From: a virus
Taxonomy: Duplodnaviria > Caudoviricetes
Length of the DNA stretch: 55,993 nt
Reading direction: 5' to 3' (one strand)
IMG/VR virus record: IMGVR_UViG_3300039106_000351
Location: 1 to 55,993 of that record
In this document: piece after piece, positions 49,390-55,993 of the stretch
How positions within the stretch are numbered: position 1 is the stretch's first letter
Layout of the letters: every line of letters begins with the position of its first letter
Notes under the pieces: model-generated
The model's input: only the letters and a program-made list of their open reading frames with translations
What the model was told of the DNA's origin: nothing
Databases searched by the model: none
Made by a program: the position numbers and the translations under genes

Positions 49390-52131
49390 TTATTTTCCTT
49401 TATTAATATTTATATCAAATTTATTTTTATTTTCTTGTGCTATTTGTAATTGTTTATCAGCTATCTCTCTTTGTGCTTGTAATTTTTCTCTTTCCATTTG
49501 AGTTTTTTGAGATTCAATAGTCATTCTATTTGTTTCTTTTTCTCTTTGTAAGCTTGTTTGTTCTTGATATTGATCTGTATCTTTAATATCTTTCATAGCA
49601 TCTCTATAGTCAGACATTTGATTTTGATCTACATCAGATGTAGCACCATAACCAGCAGCTCTTATTTCAGCAACAAGAATATCTCTTTGTCTATCTTTTT
49701 CTTTTTCCATTGCTTGAGAATCAAGTTTCATCTTTTCAATTTCTTGTTGAGATTTAGATTGTTCTTGTTGCATCTGTTGTTGTTGTTGCATTTCAGCATT
49801 CTTTTGTTGTTGCATTTTTTCTTCAGACTCTTTAAGTACAACATTAAGTGCAGAAACAGAATCAGATTGTACAACTTTTCCAAGATCATATATACTTGCG
49901 CCAGTAGTATTATTTTGTAATGCCATTTGTTTAAGTTGTTCTAGAACAGCTCTATGATTAGCATTTGTACTTATAGAAATATTTAGATCTCTAAGAAGTA
50001 GATCCGTTCCATTAATTTCAAAATTTACTTTTTCATCAGCAGAAGTAATATAAGTTAATCTTTCTGATGGTTTAGTAGAATGATAAAATTGTGCTAAGTC
50101 AGTTCTCATTTGATGAACCCTTGGCATTAAGTAATCACAGTGTTGTATAAAATATATTTCTGTTTGAGCATAAGATGCTGCAGCAGCTTGTTCTACACCT
50201 GTTGCAGTCATTTGTGAAATTTGTTGTCCCATCCTTTGTGGATTAACACCAATTACTTCAAATGCTTGTTGTTTAAAATGATTAGATAAACTTACTCTAG
50301 ACATTAATCTTTCTGTCTGAGATAGATCTAGTTTCTGAAAATGTTGGAAGTTAAGAGCATTCTCTGTATTAGTAATAGAAGTATCTAAAGGAAGCATTTG
50401 AAAATTCTTCATAGCTACATATGCTTTAGCATAATTACCTTTACCCCAATCTTCTCCTAAAGAGTGCTTAGGAAGAGTGTTCTGATCTAACATGATAATA
50501 GTACCTAACTCATCTACTAATATATCAGCAATCTGGTTGTTTACTATATTATATCCAATTTGGTATGGCTTCATTAAATCAATAAGAGCAGTTGACTTAG
50601 TATTCCTATCTGAAAATACTGAACCTTCTACAGGAAGTTTACAACCATATAAAGAATTGTCTCCTTTAAATTGAAATTTAAGAGGTCCAATATTATGTCT
50701 ATTGACACCAATATATATAGGAGAAAATCCATCAGTATTCATTCCCCAAAATGAAGGAATATTAGGTCCAATTTTTACACCACCCCATACTTCATTAATC
50801 CAAATCCAATCTATATGTTCTCCAAATAATAAATTATCTTTTGATTTATTTTTAAATAATCTATCATCATAGATTGGCTTATCTGTTATTACATAATCTT
50901 CTGATACTATATCATTAGTTACTTCTCCTTCTTCAGTAATTTTTACTAAGTGTCCTACTTTCTTTTGAGATTTCCAATAGGTTGTTGTTACTCTTAATAA
51001 AAATGAAGTGCCACTATCAACATAATCTTCACCCTGTGATAAAATTTGATTTATAACATCATTTCCATATAAACCTCCATTTATTGCTGAAGATGCATAT
51101 TGTCTCATACCAAGTGAAGGCATATCTGTATTCCATGCATGTGATTTAGTAGCATCATAAAAAGTACCATCATTTTGATAACCACTCATATTATAACCAG
51201 CTGCTCTAATAGGATATATAGCTTCTAAAGAAACATGTTGTTCTTCTGTAAGAAGGTACCCATATTTATCTATTACATCAGAAGGAGTTAACATATCTGT
51301 TTTACCAACCCAATTACCTTGAGAGATATATCTAGCATCTGGAGATTTATGATAAAATGTTAAAACAGGATTCCATAATTCTACATCATAATCATCTTCC
51401 ATCATATGAAAATGCCAGAATTCTCTATCAGTAATAAGCATATCTCTAAAACCTCTTTCTTCAAGTTCATCTATTTTAAATCTTTCAACATCTACATTAT
51501 GTTGATGAGATGCCCACTCTTCTACCATAGAACGGTAATCTTTTTTAAAGAACTGTTCTATTTCAGGTAATGTTTTTAATTTTTCAGGAGTTAGTTCTTG
51601 TTTTGCTTCTTCAGATTCAGGATCTAATCCTTGTTCTAACATTGCTGCCATTATTTTTTCTGAAGCATCAGCTAATAATGTATCTTCAACCATTGCTCTT
51701 TTTTGTTCAAGCATTTCATTATATGAAAAATCATCCATAGCTCTATAAGCTAACTTAGTTGATCTCTTAGCAAATTCAGCTACCAGAACATTAATAACAT
51801 TTGGTATAATAGGATAGAACTTTAATTCTAAAGCAGATTCATCTTCTCTTGTAAGTATATCAATTATTTCTCTATATTCATTATTTTCTTCAACTATATA
51901 ATCTGTTCTATCTATTAATCCTTTTGCAAGTTTATAATTTTTCATTAATCTTCTTGCATTTCTTCTAAGTTGTTTAGCTCCTTCCCATTCTAACCAATCC
52001 ATATTCCAAGCAGCCCATTCTTCAGTTTTTTCTGATTTAGGAATAAATTGTAGAGGTTGAGTAATACCACCCAATCTTTGTTTTTCTACTTTAGCTCCAG
52101 CCTTAAGCTGCATTGCATTATATACTTGCAT
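49390..52131 (-). CDS. Portal protein
   Basis: 913 aa after terL. YPIIPNVINVLVAE, WINEVWGG.KIG, LIDLMKPYQ..YN and GVNPQRMG motifs; Gln-rich C-terminal coiled-coil barrel. Confidence 0.88.
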   Translation of the reverse strand: MQVYNAMQLKAGAKVEKQRLGGITQPLQFIPKSEKTEEWAAWNMDWLEWEGAKQLRRNARRLMKNYKLAKGLIDRTDYIVEENNEYREIIDILTREDESALELKFYPIIPNVINVLVAEFAKRSTKLAYRAMDDFSYNEMLEQKRAMVEDTLLADASEKIMAAMLEQGLDPESEEAKQELTPEKLKTLPEIEQFFKKDYRSMVEEWASHQHNVDVERFKIDELEERGFRDMLITDREFWHFHMMEDDYDVELWNPVLTFYHKSPDARYISQGNWVGKTDMLTPSDVIDKYGYLLTEEQHVSLEAIYPIRAAGYNMSGYQNDGTFYDATKSHAWNTDMPSLGMRQYASSAINGGLYGNDVINQILSQGEDYVDSGTSFLLRVTTTYWKSQKKVGHLVKITEEGEVTNDIVSEDYVITDKPIYDDRLFKNKSKDNLLFGEHIDWIWINEVWGGVKIGPNIPSFWGMNTDGFSPIYIGVNRHNIGPLKFQFKGDNSLYGCKLPVEGSVFSDRNTKSTALIDLMKPYQIGYNIVNNQIADILVDELGTIIMLDQNTLPKHSLGEDWGKGNYAKAYVAMKNFQMLPLDTSITNTENALNFQHFQKLDLSQTERLMSRVSLSNHFKQQAFEVIGVNPQRMGQQISQMTATGVEQAAAASYAQTEIYFIQHCDYLMPRVHQMRTDLAQFYHSTKPSERLTYITSADEKVNFEINGTDLLLRDLNISISTNANHRAVLEQLKQMALQNNTTGASIYDLGKVVQSDSVSALNVVLKESEEKMQQQKNAEMQQQQQMQQEQSKSQQEIEKMKLDSQAMEKEKDRQRDILVAEIRAAGYGATSDVDQNQMSDYRDAMKDIKDTDQYQEQTSLQREKETNRMTIESQKTQMEREKLQAQREIADKQLQIAQENKNKFDININKGK

Positions 52132-52136
52132 ATCTA

Positions 52137-54344
52137 TTATTTAAAGTTCTTAAAAGCTGATCTTTTAATATATTGACCGTTAACCTTAGTACCTCTTCCT
52201 CCCATATGACGGAAAGGACTGCTATTTAATTTAAACAAATTTTCTGACTTTTGCAAGTTTTTACTTGCATCATCCATAATAACTCTTTTAGTATAACCTA
52301 TATTTGCTTGTTGTATTCTCATAAATGCAACCATTGCAGAAAATGCAACTAATCTATCCACGTTTAAGCCATCTACATAAGCATGCATTTCTTTAAGTAA
52401 CATAATATCTGGAATCCTTTCTACACCATATGTAGTTCTTACTATAGTTCCATCAGGTTTAGTTACTGTATCTAGTTCTTCTTTACAATATTCTATAACA
52501 TAACTTAGTAAATGATGTTTAAATAATACTCCTGTATTTCTCCAACCATACTCCTGGAAGACGTTAGCATTTGCACCTAAGTCTTTCAAGAACATAATTT
52601 GATTTTTGGGAACTAGATATCTTTGTCTTTTTCTAGATATCATATATAGAATAAATAAAGATATATTATTCTCAATTACAGTCTGAGCATTATACCACTC
52701 TATAATCATTTCTAATCTTTCATGTGTTTGTTTGATATCATCAAATCTTCCACACCATGCTGCTACTATTTTATCTTGTTCTATATAAGTTTCTGTTTCT
52801 CCTGCTGTAACCTTAGTTACTTCTACTGGAGCTTTCATAACATAGATAGAACATAATGAGTCTGAAGTAGTTGTCTTTCCTTCTGCTACCGGGTCAATAG
52901 ATGCATAATACTGACCATATACTGGATCTTTAACTGGTCTTTCCCATACAACTAGACATCCAGTTTTATCTTCAGTCTTTTTACTTATTGGAAATTCAGA
53001 TATTGGTAACTTATTACTATCTTTTACTTTAATCTTTCCTGTATCATCTCTAGATATATCTAGATATTCATAAGCATATTCTTTATCTTCTATTCTCCTT
53101 ATCTGTGCAGTAATAAGATGTGATGGAAACTTAGATACTTTTCTATGCTTAAATGCTTCTGCTATATTTCTAGGATGCTGAGATATTTCCAACTGGTAAT
53201 CTTCAGGATCCATAGATTTTTTTATCTTCTCAAAATAATCATCTAATGCTTGTAATGCTTCTTCTACAAGTGAATTACCATAATCATCTATATAAGGTGG
53301 CATTGACCATTGTTCTGGAATAAACAAACCTGACTTACCTAAAGTACCTTGTTCATCTAATAAGTCTGTCTCTACAGAAAATATATCATTTGCTTCTGGA
53401 TCTAGAATCATTTTCTTTAATGGCTCACATTGATCTAAATCACCAACTGATCCTGCTGCAATAAATAATCCTGTAGTAATCATACCTGATTTAAGAGCTG
53501 GTTTAATGTATCCAAATGTTGTATTCATCTTAGGAGCAATCCCGGCCTCTTCATGAAAGAAGTATTTAACTGGTCCACCTACTCCATTTGTTGGATCTTT
53601 ATCAAAAGACATTCCTTGTAGTGTTCCTTTTAATCCTACTTCAGCTTTTCTATCTCCTTTTCTTACTTCAATCTTTTGTTGCCACATCATTACTTTATCT
53701 GGGGACATAGGTCTATACCAAGCAGTGTGTTCATTTAGGAATGCAGCATATTCATTAAGAAACTTCCATGTGCCTTTCTCATTAATATAATCTTTAAGAC
53801 TAGCTCCCATTTTAAGAGTAACTCCGGCCTCAAACCATAACTGATTAATTAGTTTTCCTGCATGAAAATAACTAGATGCAATCTGTCTTTTCTTTAATAT
53901 AGCAGCATGTAAATAGAATAGTTCTGCAAGTACTTCATATAAGGCCATATGATATTGAGCATCTCTTATTTGAGCAAAGTCAAACTTCTGTTGTTCCTTA
54001 TCAAAGATAGGTAAGAAGTTTAACCACATATAATAATCTCTAGTAAGATACCATGTTTTATTATCTGATTTAACTAATACTCCTAGTCTACATTTATTTT
54101 TTTGATCATCCCAGTAATTAATAAAGTCCCTAGATTTAAATGGTGCAGTGCAGTATACTTTGGTTTCTCTAAACTTTCTAGATTCAGCAATAAATATTTC
54201 ATTGGTTACTTCATTAAACTCATATTTACCAGGTTCCCTAAATATAGCAAATAAAAAGTCTCTCCATTCATCTCTTGAATCAAATGATGTTGTTGTCCAT
54301 GTACCATTATCCCATGTAGGAATATCTTTATAAATATCATCCAT
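52137..54344 (-). CDS. terL: Terminase large subunit
   Basis: Walker A-like LKKRQIASSY, Walker B FFHEEAG, RNase H-like YYASIDP, IENN and C-terminal NVDRL. Confidence 0.92.
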   Translation of the reverse strand: MDDIYKDIPTWDNGTWTTTSFDSRDEWRDFLFAIFREPGKYEFNEVTNEIFIAESRKFRETKVYCTAPFKSRDFINYWDDQKNKCRLGVLVKSDNKTWYLTRDYYMWLNFLPIFDKEQQKFDFAQIRDAQYHMALYEVLAELFYLHAAILKKRQIASSYFHAGKLINQLWFEAGVTLKMGASLKDYINEKGTWKFLNEYAAFLNEHTAWYRPMSPDKVMMWQQKIEVRKGDRKAEVGLKGTLQGMSFDKDPTNGVGGPVKYFFHEEAGIAPKMNTTFGYIKPALKSGMITTGLFIAAGSVGDLDQCEPLKKMILDPEANDIFSVETDLLDEQGTLGKSGLFIPEQWSMPPYIDDYGNSLVEEALQALDDYFEKIKKSMDPEDYQLEISQHPRNIAEAFKHRKVSKFPSHLITAQIRRIEDKEYAYEYLDISRDDTGKIKVKDSNKLPISEFPISKKTEDKTGCLVVWERPVKDPVYGQYYASIDPVAEGKTTTSDSLCSIYVMKAPVEVTKVTAGETETYIEQDKIVAAWCGRFDDIKQTHERLEMIIEWYNAQTVIENNISLFILYMISRKRQRYLVPKNQIMFLKDLGANANVFQEYGWRNTGVLFKHHLLSYVIEYCKEELDTVTKPDGTIVRTTYGVERIPDIMLLKEMHAYVDGLNVDRLVAFSAMVAFMRIQQANIGYTKRVIMDDASKNLQKSENLFKLNSSPFRHMGGRGTKVNGQYIKRSAFKNFK

Positions 54345-54346
54345 AA

Positions 54347-54862
54347 TTAACTGTCATATGCTAGCCCTTGACCACCTCTAACTTTACTAGATTGTTCTTC
54401 TTGTAAATCTTTATATACTCCTTTAAAAGAAGCTCTAATCTGATCAAAGTTTTTAGCTGCAGCAACTATAGAATTAATGTTACCATCTCTTCCATCTGTA
54501 ATTGGAGTATTCTCCATATATCTACCTAATCTATCTAACATAGATGCAATACCTTTATATGCTCTAGAGGTAGGTGTCTCATACATTCTTTTGCAAAATT
54601 CTAAAGCAACATGGATATCATCATCTTCTAATGAAAAATCTCCATTTATTTCTTTCATAATTAAATATTCTTTATCTATATCAGGAGCATAGAAAAAAGG
54701 ATTCATATCTGGGTTAGGACATGTCATATAAAATAAATACAAGTATATCTTAAGATGTTCTTCTGGATAGTTATCCATTATATCTTTTAAAGCTTTTAGT
54801 GTATAGCAATGTTCTGTTGGTATTACAATACCATTTTGTACATCAAATAATCTTACTATCAT
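54347..54862 (-). CDS. Conserved pre-terminase protein (candidate small terminase)
   Basis: 171 aa helical protein directly upstream of terL, ending VRGG. Confidence 0.5.
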   Translation of the reverse strand: MIVRLFDVQNGIVIPTEHCYTLKALKDIMDNYPEEHLKIYLYLFYMTCPNPDMNPFFYAPDIDKEYLIMKEINGDFSLEDDDIHVALEFCKRMYETPTSRAYKGIASMLDRLGRYMENTPITDGRDGNINSIVAAAKNFDQIRASFKGVYKDLQEEQSSKVRGGQGLAYDS

Positions 54863-54863
54863 A

Positions 54864-55694
54864 TTATTTTTTTTTAATTGGGTTATCTTTCATATAATTT
54901 ATAATAGCAAGAACTTCATCATAAAGATACGGTATAGACATTAGTGTAATATCACTTACTATAGGATCTCCATTATCTAAATATTTAGTTATTGGATATC
55001 CATAATCATCTTTACCTTCTTCTTCAAATGATATATGTTGTATAAACATTTTACCTGGAATAAGTTTAGGATTATGCTTTAGTATAATGTACATATAAAT
55101 ACTTAATTGTAAAGCATAATGATTAAAATTACAATCATCTAATGAAGATAAAGGAGACTTCATTTTATCTGATACACCCTCCCAGTTCTTATAAGATTCT
55201 TTTTTAATTTCTTTATTTGTTTTATAGTCAATAATATTTACTTTATTATTAACTACTTCTACAAAATCTGATTGACCACATATGCCTGCAGACTTAAGAT
55301 ATACCATATGTTCAGGATATACTCCTGTATCTAATTTTTGTGAAGGAGCTACTCTAATACCATTACTTTCTCCAGATGGTGGATATATGGGAACTACTAT
55401 TCCTTCTCTTTCCATAGATGCTAATCCACATATATCAGATTCTCTTTGATTATGATAGAAAGTACCTAGAGTCATAGCTCTATCTGATTCAGCATTCCAT
55501 ATAGCTTCAATTGCTATAGGATCAATTCCAAACCATTTAGATCTTTTACTTTTAGTTACTTTAGCAGCTACGGCTTTAGCATCAAAAGGTTTTTTAAAAT
55601 GAGATACTAATGTAGTTACACTTATCCAATTAATTTTATCAGCATTATCTATACTCTTATAACTATGATCTGATGCTTGGAATACTATACTCAT
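54864..55694 (-). CDS. PD-(D/E)XK (RecB/Cas4-like) nuclease
   Basis: ISVTT, GTFYH, PE, CGQSD, IIDYKT and QLSIY motifs. Confidence 0.85.
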   Translation of the reverse strand: MSIVFQASDHSYKSIDNADKINWISVTTLVSHFKKPFDAKAVAAKVTKSKRSKWFGIDPIAIEAIWNAESDRAMTLGTFYHNQRESDICGLASMEREGIVVPIYPPSGESNGIRVAPSQKLDTGVYPEHMVYLKSAGICGQSDFVEVVNNKVNIIDYKTNKEIKKESYKNWEGVSDKMKSPLSSLDDCNFNHYALQLSIYMYIILKHNPKLIPGKMFIQHISFEEEGKDDYGYPITKYLDNGDPIVSDITLMSIPYLYDEVLAIINYMKDNPIKKK

Positions 55695-55984
55695 AATGCA
55701 TCTAATTTATCTTCTTCTTCTTCTGTAATAATAGCTTTCCATTTACCTAATGGACATTCTGATGATAAAGATTTTGTTTTAAATAATAATGAACAACCAC
55801 ATTCATTACAACAAGGAGCTGTTGCTTTTATTGCACATTTAGTTCCTTTGCTTGGACATTCATCACATATATCATATCTAAGTCTAGCAATTTCTTCTAC
55901 TGTTTCGTCTCTTATAATAGAATTTTTTATTCCTTCATATATTTGAGATCTGTTTTGCCAAATAAGGTTAAGTATGTTTTTCAT
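55691..55984 (-). CDS. Small Cys-rich zinc-binding protein
   Basis: RYDICDEC..CCNECGC...K......CPLGKW pattern; ATGA overlap with the nuclease gene. Confidence 0.7.
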   Translation of the reverse strand: MKNILNLIWQNRSQIYEGIKNSIIRDETVEEIARLRYDICDECPSKGTKCAIKATAPCCNECGCSLLFKTKSLSSECPLGKWKAIITEEEEDKLDAL

Positions 55985-55993
55985 CTTTTTTAT

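Noticed and set aside
46412-54344. Introns or inteins in terminase, portal or MCP
   Set aside because: The ORFs are continuous, of plausible length, and show no intein splice motifs or homing-endonuclease signatures.
54864-55694. Cas4 / CRISPR-Cas system
   Set aside because: No CRISPR array or other cas genes are seen and the Fe-S cysteine cluster is absent. A stand-alone phage PD-(D/E)XK nuclease is the simpler call.
1666-55946. All plus-strand ORFs of 60-124 aa in the track, and the nested minus-strand ORF 26243-26449
   Set aside because: They lie antisense to or inside long, motif-bearing minus-strand genes and have the Ser/Leu/Phe/Ile-rich composition expected of shadow ORFs.
1-55993. 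Stop-codon reassignment (TAG or TGA), known in some crAss-like phages
   Set aside because: Genes are full length and tightly packed under the standard code, and TGA serves as a stop in ATGA overlaps (34533, 55691). TAG reassignment cannot be strictly excluded but nothing requires it.
1-55993. tRNA, rRNA, integrase or a diversity-generating retroelement
   Set aside because: Intergenic gaps are very short. No cloverleaf, recombinase, reverse transcriptase or template/variable repeat pair was recognised.

Overview
This window is about 56 kb of an AT-rich, crAss-like (Crassvirales-type) podophage genome, probably infecting Bacteroidota (A-rich leaders, no clear Shine-Dalgarno). All credible genes are on the minus strand and read right to left. 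The order is: Cys-rich mini protein, PD-(D/E)XK nuclease, conserved pre-terminase gene, terminase large subunit, portal, acidic scaffold-like protein, major capsid protein, gp75-like protein, small basic KKGG proteins, ring protein, Dps/ferritin-like protein, auxiliary capsid-like protein, Cys-rich hub/fibre proteins, IHF/HU-like protein, two ring proteins, muzzle/tail-stabilisation protein, five 1000-1700 aa putative internal cargo proteins, and a >2090 aa giant protein that runs off the left edge and is missing from the ORF track. The most striking observation is that the cargo proteins are strings of unrelated modules separated by a recurring [YFM]xxGG...LP[KRQ]AxxG linker, and several share a short terminal tag. 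The modules include a complete SET lysine-methyltransferase domain and weaker ART-like, J-domain-like and beta-barrel-like candidates. The giant protein also carries an embedded RecB-type nuclease. Together this suggests a modular, possibly protease-processed, virion-delivered effector system. A repeated putative phage promoter (TTTWGTATATTA) and several intrinsic terminators are visible. All family assignments come from motif recognition and gene order, not database searches.
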